This document shows, piece after piece, positions 13,330 to 25,400 of a DNA stretch of 64,000 bases. A program made the translations under genes and the position numbers. Positions within the stretch are counted from its first letter, which is position 1; the number at the start of each line of letters is the position of its first letter. Source of the DNA: Lytechinus pictus (lineage: Eukaryota); the NCBI RefSeq assembly GCF_037042905.1, contig NC_087245.1, positions 11,410,001 through 11,474,000 on the forward strand. The letters are read 5' to 3'. The notes beneath the pieces were generated by a model that was not told the DNA's origin, ran no database searches, and was given only the letters and a program-made list of their open reading frames with translations.

Positions 13330-14826
13330 CAGTGCGTATCAAAAAAAAGTTTACACTTTGAAAAAGCCCTGGGAATGAAAAAATATACAACGTGTGGGTA
13401 ATCTTTTCACATATAATCTTGGGTTTGGGTCTCATTTATCCAATTAAAGTAAAAGTTTTGACAGAATGTTACACTTGAGTGAGCACTGTCTATTTTTGTA
13501 AAGCTCGCAGAAATCTGTTTGCGCAGAAATGCTCGTTTTCACGCTGTGTCAAGGGGAACGGGCGAAAACAAACTTACCTTCGAAACATTTCTCATACATT
13601 TCCCTTGCACTTTTAGTCAATTGAAATAAAACGGATACATTCAAGCCATTTTGTAAGGATTTTGCCACCCAAATTGAAATTTCAACACTTAGTAAGCACA
13701 ACCTTTCCCCTTTTTGTGCCAGCTTGATCTGAGGACAACTGAATATGAACAAAAGTTTATAATATCAGACATCTCCAGCATTTTTTCACTAAGTTTTTAT
13801 CATTTAAAGTGGGTTTACATTTCATTTAATACTTGTTTCTCCACACTTCCAAGCCTAAGCCATTTCATGTAAATCACAGCTCAGTGTAAAGCAAATAATG
13901 TCACGATGACCTCAGTGTGTGGCCTGGGGGAGTGGGATGGGGCGTAATGCACTATTCGAAGTGTTTTGGGCAAGGAAACAATTTTAAAAAAAGTAAAATA
14001 TATCTTCAAATCAATTTTACTAGCAAAATTCCATGTGTTCTTCATGATTAAGGTCTACTTTTATTCGCATAACTATTTCAAAGTTCTGCGCAAATCATTT
14101 TTCACAAACTTTTCAAAAGTAAGTGGTGCTCACTCAAGCGGAAATATTTTTCGACAGTTATATCGCCATTTGCTTAAATGGATCTTTACCAATATTAAAA
14201 TGTGGAAAAATCTTCAGGATATTACAAATCCCGGGGGGGCCACATACATTGACGAGTGGATACCATGCGCGACCAAAAAAAAACACGTAAAAAGGATGTC
14301 TTTTTCAAGATAGGGCACGTTACGTACGTAACGTGATAAGGGTGTCAAAACACAAAAATAATGAAAAAAGGATATTTATTTCGCTAGGAAAGCTACGTGT
14401 TTAGGGTCAAATTTGCGGGGATGATAAAACAAAATTAAAATGTTTTATAAAGGATGTCCTTTTTGCCCCAAACATTACGTGTTTAAAGTCCGATTTACCA
14501 ATGTGTAAAGGTAAAACCGACGACCGACGGACCCGTGACATAACAATAAAATATTGCTGTACTTGTTTAGGGGTTCATTTCAGGGACTACTTGCCAAGTG
14601 TATCGTTTTGTTTCCAATACTTGTTAAGGGTAGGGTTTCACACGCCAATACTTGTTAAGGGGTGCATTTTCAGAATATGGAAAATACGTGTTTAGGGTGC
14701 TTTTCGAGACCTCATGGTCGCGCATGGTATCCACTCGTCAATGGAAGTGCCCCCCCCCCCCCGGGTTACAAATGTATAATTTTACAGGATTTTTTCTAAG
14801 TGTAAACTTTTTTTTGATACGCACTG
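13330..14826. mobile_element. Tc1/mariner-type non-autonomous element
   Basis: TIR CAGTGCGTATCAAAAAAAAGTTTACACTT at both ends; TA TSD. Confidence 0.9.
14230..14765. mobile_element. CCCGGG-terminated MITE nested in the Tc1-type element
   Basis: ~45-bp TIR (CCCGGGGGG...ATTGACGAGTGGATACCATGCGCGACCA); perfect 8-bp TSD TTACAAAT. Confidence 0.9.
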
Positions 14827-15479
14827 TATTATGAAGAATAATTTTGATGCGTTATAAATTCGCCTTCAACTTTTTTTCTTTAGTTCCCCTTTCCTTCTTT
14901 ATTTATGTTCTTGGCTCCTGCGTAGCCCGGAGCACGTGCCCCTTGGTATCTCTCTGCCCCCTATCTATCTCTCTCTCTACCTCTATCTTTCAGTTATCAT
15001 GCACATTATCATTCCAAATGCTATATGGAAGATTGCTAACAATAACACACTGGTGTAACATCACATTCATAACTTCTACTAGCTAGGGCTAGGTCATAAT
15101 TCCCCCGTAGGGCTGAGGTCATCCAGCGGTCATATCTTTTTTATTTTTTAATTATCAGCCATGCGAGGGAGGATTGCTCGTAACCAAACATATCCTAATA
15201 ATATTATTTTCATAATTTTGTTGAAATGGGCATTCCTGGTTTCAACGCAATTATCATTGTAAAGAGACTCATTTCTTTCCTGATCTTTGATAAGCCGCAC
15301 CTCTCCTAGAATAGCTCTAGGACCCGGTCACAACAATCGGTTGCGATCAAATACTACTAAAATCAAACTAACTTGATGTTCAAGCAGTCAGAAGCGAACA
15401 TTTTGGGGCTTGCTTTTGATTTATTTAAGTTGAAGTTTAACTTGACTCTCCTGCAACATGCCCTAGTTGCTATAATATC

Positions 15480-15933
15480 CTACTCCCGCAAAGACGAAGC
15501 TATATCGTGACCTCGATGTATTATATCGCGTTCTTATTCTCATCCCGTTCGAACCGTTTTACCCGAGTTCAAGACCTGTTAAAAATCTCACCGCAGATGG
15601 ATAATAAAAAACTCATAAATTGCATTACGCTTTGATGCTAATATGCAATGCGCGCGGCGATATCGAAATAATTGCATGGGCCTTATTCGGTGCTGGAAGA
15701 ACTATTATGAGGAAACAATTGATTTTCGAAGTTGAATGCGTTCGTCGTCGTCAGCGAGACTGATCCTGAAGAAGAGGCACACCCAAGTTTTTTAAGGCAA
15801 TATATCGAGGGATTCGTGGTTTTTACACTTGATCTTCAAAGCTTGATACATCTATCTACCAGGCAGGATATGTGACTTCAGTTTTCCTGGATGGGGAATC
15901 AATCGATTTAAATGCATTTTCTCTCAAAACAAG
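15480..15933 (+). promoter_or_regulatory. Candidate promoter and non-coding first exon of the arylsulfatase
   Basis: CpG-enriched stretch ending in a good donor AAG|GTAAAT (15934); an unpaired acceptor CTCTTACAG|G at 21859 precedes the ATG exon. Start coordinate is a guess. Confidence 0.4.
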
Positions 15934-16568
15934 GTAAATAGATATTTTTTTATTTAAAACGTTTTCACTATTGTAGAAATAGAAGTTGTTATAAAGTTAT
16001 TTTGATATGCCAAGCTGTTTATAATGAGCATTATGAATGGACTTTAATAAATTTATCAAACGAATGCCCGTTTGCTTAATATTAATTCTCTCTACTTTCA
16101 AGTATTAAGATATATTTCTTGGAGAAATGATAACGAGCATCGCAATATAAACAAAAAAATCAGCGTCGGGCTAACATTAAACGAGGACATACCGAAATTT
16201 AAAAAAAATGAAGACAATCAGAGTGATGAGTCATTAGGCACCCCTCAATAACAATTGCTTTAATCATTAATGAATAAAGAGGCCGCTCGAGTTGGCGATC
16301 ATGCCAAGGCAATTAAAATTTCGAAATTTATCATAATTACGTGTATTCCAGGCCTACAAAATAATGTGGTCATGAAAATAATTAGCCAGATCCTGTATAA
16401 CTAAAATAAACTCTGGTACCTGGGAATTATCATTCTGATTGTAAATGGGTGTGTAAAACTTAAGACAGACGGGGGTCGGGAAAAGGGTAGAGCAGAAAGA
16501 CAGCCCCCCCCCCCCCTCTCTCTCTCTCTTGTCTTGTTATTTTGATATTCCACAAAGGTATACACTCT

Positions 16569-16848
16569 CAGGGGCGGATCCAGCTTTTTATAAAGGGGGG
16601 GTTGGGGTGGTATGCGAGGGAGCGTAGCGACCGAGTCGAAGCGAGCGGAGCGAGCGAGGGGGGAGGGTGTGGGAGGGGGGTGTCCCCCCTCCCACAGTAG
16701 GGAAAATTTTTGAAAAATAAATACATAGAAATAGAATAAAATAAAATTACAAGTTTAAAAAAAAAGATAAGATTTAAAAAAATGGTCCCCGGATTTTTTT
16801 TTTGGGGGGGTTGCAACCCCCCCAACCCCCCCTCTAGATCCGCTTCTG
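16569..16848. mobile_element. hAT-type MITE
   Basis: CAGGGGCGGATCCAG/CTAGATCCGCTTCTG; imperfect TSD ACACTCT/ACTCTCT. Confidence 0.78.
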
Positions 16849-19800
16849 ACTCTCTGTCCTTACGTTAGAAAGGTCTTCGCTTTATATGATTGGGGAAAGA
16901 ATTACAAATCCAGGGTTTGAGTTGATTTTGATTTTTAAAAATACAAATAAATTTTTTTTTTCGAATCCCTTCCTTGAATGTATTAAAGGCAGGGGTGGGG
17001 ACGTCGACCCCCCCCCCCCATCTACTGTCCAACACTGATAACCTGAACCCCACCTACTTTTCCACCATGGGGAATTTCTGGCATGCATTTATATCCATGA
17101 AAACGATGTCAACATTTATTTGCATGCATTTTATTTACAGCTGTTTCTGCCCGGAAATCTAGAAATTAAATTAGAATGGCCGTCTGTGCTATAAAACAGC
17201 CAAGTATTTATTTCAATGCTGTTTTTCGTTAAAAGTCCTTTAAAGAATGCTTCTGATGGTCAATATAAGATATGAAATGCTCTAGAGATCAGAATAATAG
17301 GCCTTTAAAAAATATATAAAGATTTGAATATGGTGATATTCACGCTCCTTTCTCGTCATCCCTCTCCATTTTCTTCTCATCTCCTTGATCCAATTATTTT
17401 ACAAGAGGAACTTCTAAATAATTGTGAACATTCATTATTAAACTATTACAAAAATATTTCTTTTTGTTTAGATATTTTATCACGACGCGTCAGTGTCCAT
17501 GTTGTCAGAGGAATAGTAATGGATTTGTTTTCAATTAATGATGGGAGGAATATCTGTGCTATATATAAGCATGAATATTTAAAAAGCGTAACTATGGTAA
17601 CCTGTTTTAACGTTGCAATTATATTGATATCCTATACGTGAAGATACAATGATTCCCAATATCAATGAAATAAACATCATATATATTAACCCACTTTTCA
17701 AATTGACAGATAATGTCGGAGATGGTATGTCTGGTGGATGGAGGCTAGTCAATAGGAAATAATTTATGTTCTATCATAGACAATCTCAGGCTTGACAGAA
17801 AAACAATAAATTTCAATGCTAAAGTAGTGAACCGAAAATCACGTTCTATGCCACACAAACGTGAATTCGCGCTTTCATCCGAAAGGTTAAGATGTGGGCC
17901 TAATGCTTCTCCCTGAAGTGAAATTCTGATATTCACTAGGGTATATTGATACCAATGTTTTGAATTAGCAAACATGACGATTTAATCATATCATCATGTT
18001 ATCAATTACTGAGGTCATTCAAATATGAATGAACCATGAATAGATGCGCGCCCGATTCGGAGTTTTATCTCACCTATACCATGTATACCGGGAGAATGTT
18101 CACCCCCTGTAGAGACTGTAATGTCACTCTCACTCGTGGGACTTGTAGCTACAATATACAATTCAATTTTCATAATTTCCACCCTCCCAAAAAGATGGGT
18201 GTCATGGACGATATGGTGACAGTTTTGTCATTTTACAACAAATGTCCGGAAGTAATTCAACCTGTTGGTCTAAAAATGCCAAAATTGCACGACTCCAGGA
18301 TAACGTCATAATTCGTATTAGATATGAGCAGGTCACTTTTACTTATCCTGTCGAGGTGCTTGTGTATAAGGGCCGTTTATGATTATTCATGAATTTACAG
18401 GTGCAACCATCAGATTCTACGTCTATGTATAACAATGCCAATGTTTTGTAAAGGGCTGAAGTTTGGATACGGCACTCATGCACTACTTCAGAATATTGCG
18501 AGAAAGTGAAACGAGCTATAGACAATCATCGACATTCTTTCATTCAGGTTATGAAATGGATTTACACAAAATATGAAGAAAATTCGAGGAAAATTCATCC
18601 GTTACGAGGCCGAACAACCACATATTAAGAGAAATCACTCTTGAATCAGATTAGATTTAGAAATTATTTCTAGTAAAAATAATTCGCATTTTTATTCACT
18701 TTAATTAGAGATACTTCATGCTTGAATCGACTAATTACCACATGCAGAGTAATAATTAGGGCACTCTAAAAGGAATGTAAATACGCAGAATGAAAAAAAA
18801 ATCATTACTTTTAGAGGGGGCGAGAGTGAATTTAGTTTCTTAGCAACCAACTCTCAACATCTTATAATTTTGATGCATGCTTGCTTATAATGCCTATTAA
18901 ATTAATTGCAAAATACGTCAAAATATCAAGTGGCACAGTGTCGTCCATTCGAAAGGGGCATGGCGACCAGCTATTGGAATGAACATTTTTTCTAACCGAT
19001 AAATGCCTATGGCCAGTAAAAGTATTATATCAAACCAAATACTTCACAAATATATTATCAGCATCATCAAAATTAATTTCTCATTTCCTGGTCAGGACGT
19101 TCGCATTTATGTAAATTTTACATATTCAAAGTCAGTTACGTTTTGCATTCCCCTTTTTCGTCATCGTCTCAACAAAAGAAAATACCATCGAAGGTAATTA
19201 CCATGGATATCTCTTTTTTCTTTATTGATTTCCGTTGTAAAATGTAAATTGTAATCAGTGGAATTGACCAATGTTGATAGATCAGGACATTTGGAACGTG
19301 TTCAGATACAACAAATATGATAGTTTGAACGTGGCTAACTTTGAATCAAAGTATCAAACGGTAACCCAGAGCACCTACCAGCAGGAGCACCTATATCTTC
19401 AAAACCACAGGTTACTCATTGCCATTCGCCTGGAATATGTTTGATGCGGGAGAAAAGATGACATGCACGACCGTGACAGCCGAGAGTGAATCTTGCCTGT
19501 TCTGAAAGCAATATAGATCTTGAGTACTAGTATTTATTTGTCTGAATCATCGTATAAACAGGAGTCAGATTCTCTTCGAATCTGTATGTCTTATCAGTAC
19601 AGGAAGAGAGTTTTTTTTGTCGTATTCGAAATGTTTTATAATGGTTGTGCCATGTCGACGACTGTTTCGTGCAACCTGCCAACACGAGGTACAGACTCAT
19701 GAATATTTGCGTCAAGACTTAGTGCATGTGTTGGTTTGTCTCTCCTTTTGAGTTTGATATCTATATTTTGAGGGGTCAAGATGGACATACGAGAACGAAC

Positions 19801-21392
19801 CATAGTAACGAATGATGACCACCGCTAGTGGATGAGGTCCTGAGGACTTTCATGAACATGGTGAAAGATTGCTGAAATATATGTAATCTTCATAGTTTTT
19901 GGTGAGTTTTATCTCCTATGTAGTTGGCGTGTCACGTCCGCATCGGGAGTCAGGCGTCAATCGCATTTTAAGGGATTTCTTATGCTTTTCACTGAATTTA
20001 GTACTAGTTCAACAATGGTTAATGTACTCTGATAATATGTGGATATATCATTGTAAAAGAGCATTTCCTTACACATAACTTTGTATAATGGCAGGTCTTT
20101 AATAAAAAGGTAGCATCTTTAACCCCGATATAAGACAAACAAACTTATCATATCATATGTATAAGATTGTGAATACATTATGCCAAGTGAATATACCACT
20201 ACTCATGATATTGGACAGTTTGGACGTAATTATTAAATTGTTCCATCGGTATATGTCTTTTGGGCGCCACTTTGTCTACTTCCAATTTATCTAATGTCAG
20301 TTTCATTCGGTCTAACCCCACATGGTCTAATCCCGTTTTCTTCCCCAGATATGCTTTTTTACCATCTTAGAGGCCGCGGAACCGGTATGCCCCCCCCCCC
20401 CTTTCAAAACCGTTCTGCGGCTGCTGCATTTGGTTTATTGCCCCGCCCCAGTTACCATTCATGGTGTTGATTCTTTCAGCAATTCAGCAATAAATATATC
20501 GTGTTTTACTCAACCCAGGTGTAGTAAATGGGTACCTGGCACTAAATATTCATTCTTTGAAACCTCGTTTTGTATGTCAAAATAACATAAGACGGTGCAT
20601 AATATTATGTCCGATTAAACGAAATAATAAAAACCAAAATAAAAGTGTATAAGTTTGGGAACGTTCGGTTATTTTCGACCAGTTTATTATTATTTTTTTA
20701 ATATGGGGGGTGTTCACTAACACATTGCTTGTTTTCACCAATCCGTCTTAACAGTGAAGGAAGTTTACATTGTGACACATCGGATCAATATTTGCATACC
20801 ACCCACTTAATTGTCATGAAGATTCCTGTTTTATGCCATTTCTTTTTTATATATACATCCTCTTTCACCATATTACAAAAAGAAAACATCATTCATCTCG
20901 ACTCAACTTGACATCAAGGTGGTTTCGGCCATTCATGACGGTTTTCGAAAATTGCTCTTTAGTTCAAGGCAATGAATATGTTTTGTCATTGACATCTGTT
21001 TATGGATGAAATATCCTATTCAATCCTACTACGCGTTTCACTCCATAACGGCTAACATCCATCACTAAATGATTATAAATACAACTTAATCATGCATGCT
21101 ACACATGATAAATAATGCATGTAATCCCTATTAGAGGACTATTCTATAATCGTTTTTCATATTCTTTTGTACTTAAATGATAATACCAAAGACCTAGAAA
21201 CGAACGATTCCATTTACTTGATGTTCGTTATAACACTTTATTTCTACATGAATACATTAACAAAAATTGTGTTTAATTTACACATATAGGTGAATGCGTA
21301 AGTCAAGCAACGGTTTAATATAACTCTACAATATTTATTTAACATACTAGTCGTGTTTGAAGAAGGGTTGACGAGATCAAGAGAGGGGAGAT

Positions 21393-21525
21393 GAACGTGG
21401 AAAGGGGTATGAATTACGAGGCAAAAAGAGTGAATATTTTGCGAAAAAGTGCAAATTTTTAGTTTGGACGTGGAAATGGGTATGAATTACTAAACCAAAA
21501 GAGTGAATATTTTGCGAAAAGTGCA
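21393..21525. repeat. ~74-bp imperfect tandem duplication
   Basis: ACGTGGAAA.GGGTATGAATTAC...AAAAGAGTGAATATTTTGCGAAAA occurs twice. Confidence 0.85.
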
Positions 21526-22053
21526 ATGACATTAATGCAAAGTGTTCCTATTGAATGAAAGTTAATCATTCATTCGCTGACGGCAAGGGTGACTGAAAAA
21601 TTTGTAATTTGCATTTATACTACCTGCCCATTTGCAACAGGCATGACATGTGATAACCTGGAACGTAAGGTCTGTGATTAAAGATTATGCATAATCATCC
21701 CGTTTATTATCGCATGTGTTTGTTATTGATGATTGTTCTCAATTACAAATCTTACAAATGAGCAAGATGTCAATGAATAATAAACCTGCATAAATATAAA
21801 TGAGGGTTTTTTCAGTGATTGATACTACAATTATGAATTGTTTTACAACGCTCTTACAGGAAAAGACCAACAAGTGGTGTTCATTGCAGAACGGACATTG
21901 ATGGGCACTTCATGCTCATCTGGAAAACGAAGCGATCAACTAAGCAACCACAGCGACGACGAGAGCGGTGATGAAGATTAAATGTCCAGAAGCATACCTG
22001 ACATTGAGTAAAAATTGCCTTGCTGAACGTGCTGCAAATGACTGTTATCATTT

Positions 22054-22416
22054 ATGGCTGGTATCAAAGTGAAACCGACATGGAGTACGATGACGAACTT
22101 ATGCATGGCCTGTCTGCTTGTGGCCTGCATCATCACCGCTTCCGTGTTGCTGCTTTGGCGGATGTCGTCCTCTCCGACAATTACCGTGACCAAGCTTGAC
22201 CACCAACGACGAGGCGATCGTCGTAATCGACCTCCACCGAATATCATCTTCCTGCTGGCCGATGATCTCGGGTATAACGACGTCGGTTACCACAACCCGG
22301 CTATGAAAACAAGTAACATTAATCGGATATCATCACGTGGGATCCGACTTGAGAATTACTATGTGCAACCGGTTTGTTCGCCTACCCGGAGTCAATTGTT
22401 GAGTGGAAGATATCAG
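22054..22416 (+). CDS. ARSB: Arylsulfatase coding exon 1
   Basis: Hydrophobic N-terminal segment, then [12 protein letters not shown] and CSPTR; ends GRYQ followed by ctaagt. Confidence 0.88.
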
Positions 22417-25400
22417 CTAAGTTTTTTTAATACTTATTTTTGGCTTAATTGATGTTGTTGTATTTATTCATACTAGTTATGTATCATTTAGTACTTTGAC
22501 ATAATGCCGTTACGAATATAGAGCCAAACTTTGACAATTTTCGTAACCGCGATGAGCTGATGATGATGTTGCAGCTGCGTCTCCGAGTGATTATGACCTA
22601 GCCTGTTTCATCTGATTTTACTTTTTTTTCTGAATTCCTGTCTCAACAGTATATATAACATTGCCATAATTTTGTGGATGAGATTCATCCAGGGATCCAA
22701 CTCCCCAAACATTGCTAATTAATGTGTTTATAATGAAAGATTGAAGACACTTTGGCTGTAATAAGCTTCTAAATTGCTTTTATACACTGTAAAAACGCTG
22801 TTTAAGATTTTATACAACGCTGTTTACTATATGAACCTTACAGTATTTGTTTAACCGTTTAAACAATCATGTTTAATTTATTAAAGATTAGATATTGAAA
22901 ATTAAACTTTGTTGCTTAAGATTTAAACACTTGTTTAAACTGTTTAAACAATTACTGTAAGGTTCATATAGTAAACAGCGTTGTATAATGTTTTTTACTG
23001 CATGTATAGTACATAATAACAGAAAACTGTTTAAGCTTTAGTACTTTGCCATGTACGAGAAAAGGCATCGTTCACTTTTTTCGCCATTGACTTTCTCTTT
23101 TCACCTGCTCGCCTTTCCTTTCTCATCCATCTTCTTTTCACCTATCTCCTTCCTCCGGCGTCGTCCCTTATCAATTCACTTTACCTATAATATCATTTAG
23201 TTATGCTCGAGCTGATAAAACTGCAACTTTTCAATGCCTTTATCATGTTTATAACCTGTTTTATGGAGGGCATGTGCACTTCAGGGACCATGGAACGACT
23301 TTGAAAGGGGACTGAACTTACATAAAATCATATTTTGATGGTTGTTTTCACGTTTTTATGGTTACTGAAAAAAGTGTGGCGGGCTGTAGCTCCACCCCCC
23401 CCCCGCCCCACCCGATTCCACGGCTTCGGCCACCCATCTCGAAATTAGAATGGTACTCGCAAAGGACGTACTGTATAGAGTCGATAGAACACAACCATTC
23501 TGTATTATCTTTTCATTCTTAACCAGTAACCATACTCCTGTATAATTTACTAGTATTTTTGTAAAAGATCTTTCCTGGATTTTGGATAATCAATTTTCTG
23601 TGATTGGTTATTTTGTCAAAATATATCAAAGACATCAAAGGCGTAATGAGCCTGATATTGCGGATGGAGTAAAAGTTCTTTAAAAAGATGCGAGCGGGTG
23701 AAGCGAGTGAGAAAAGTTTTAACCTTAATAATACATACATATAATTTTTGGATAGATTTTGACATACTATTAAAAAAACACACCCTTTCGCTGTCTCCTT
23801 TTTTTTTTATTGATCGTGCTGTTTTTTGAGGGAGGACATTTACGCCAGCCCCCCCCCCCCCCCACACTATGTTGTCCGGCAGTGATTTTGCGGGTTCGTG
23901 GATCCTCGTAAATTTTCTTCTAGTAAACACATTTTTAATATGATCCGAACAAGTTTATAAGATCTTGAAAGACTTGGGAGACAATATGAAAGTTTGAGCG
24001 CAAAATATATGTACTGGAAGTTCCCTCACCGTAAAAACAAAGCTTATGTCATAATTATCTGATATTTTGCATGAGACAATGATTGTCAATTTCTGGATCG
24101 TCATATAATACTCAAGTAACCATGTCAAATAACATTGATTTTTCATTCCAAAAATGTTTCTATCTTCATTTCATAATTCAAAAATGACGATGTTCTATAT
24201 TATTTTCAACTCTTCTTTAAAAGGATGAAAAATGAAGCATCTTGTTATCTGTTCGTAAAAGTAGTGTTTAGTTTTGGTTTGTTTGATTTTATTAACCAAT
24301 ACACACGTTTACAAACGAATAAGGTTTTTTTTTTTAAATAAACTGCTTAATATAATTTGTCTCAATGTAATGAGATACCTAATCATACGGCGTGACCCCG
24401 TGACCATCGGCCGTTAATGAAGTATGTCAACAAAGCTTGGAACGTCACTTGCTATATCGTCAAATGAAGTGGTAAATAATTAATAATTGTTGCTTTTTTA
24501 TAATTTCACCAACAGATTCATACAGGGATGCAGCATAGTATAATCTGGGTTGGCCAACCACTCTGCCATCCCATAACTGACCCGACCATAGCCAACCAGC
24601 TCAGGAAGGCTGGCTACGCCACTCACGCTGTGGGCAAGTGGCACTTAGGCTACTACAACAAGGATTGCTGGCCCACAAACCGAGGATTCGATTCCTTTTT
24701 TGGTTAGTAAATAGCTAGACGGTCAGGGAAGCAGAAATATTTGGTAAAGAATATAACAAAGTACAGAATTCTACACACAAAGGATATTTATGCAAGTGCA
24801 TGTAACTTGTTCAAGAGTTCGAGGGTCCCGCCAATAATTATTTTTCGCATTTATTTTTACAAAATATTTATTAACAAAAATTTCAAACTTTGTGCGACTT
24901 CGACACTTCTAAACCTCCCACTATAGCTGACTATACTTATATCATATATATGCGAATTCCGTTGGTTTCTTATCATTATGATAATCATTAGCAAATTTTC
25001 GCACGCCCGTGACATAGTGATATATAATTGTGTTCATAAAGGCATTATATACTTCCGAGACTTGCCAGACTTGCGTCCTTCCCCGGGGGCCAGTCAAATA
25101 TATTGCAGTACACATGCGTGACCAAAAAAAAAACGCGTTTAAAGGTTTTTTTTTTCAGTTTTGGACGAGGGCATTCGTTAAGGGTATCAATAACACCGAT
25201 TTTCAAGAAAAATTGTGGTTTTGAAAGACTGGTCATGCAATGGTCAATCGCGGGGCGGGGGCAAACGTACTTAGGGTATTTTTTTTTCAAAAGCTTTTTT
25301 TTTCAAGACTAGCCAAACGTGTTTAGGGTATGTTTTTTTCCAAGCTTTTTCCCCGGGATCATATTCTGGCGACAACTTGTTTAGGGGCCAAAATGTGTTA

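Noticed and set aside
19260..19880. Higher-complexity stretch with ~50-60 codon open frames
   Set aside because: No recognisable protein motif or consistent splice sites; left unannotated.
22415..22418. GC-AG intron as explanation of the odd sulfatase donor (TATCA|GCTAAG)
   Set aside because: It would leave phase 2, which fits neither the 24516 acceptor (phase 0) nor the 24526 acceptor (phase 1).
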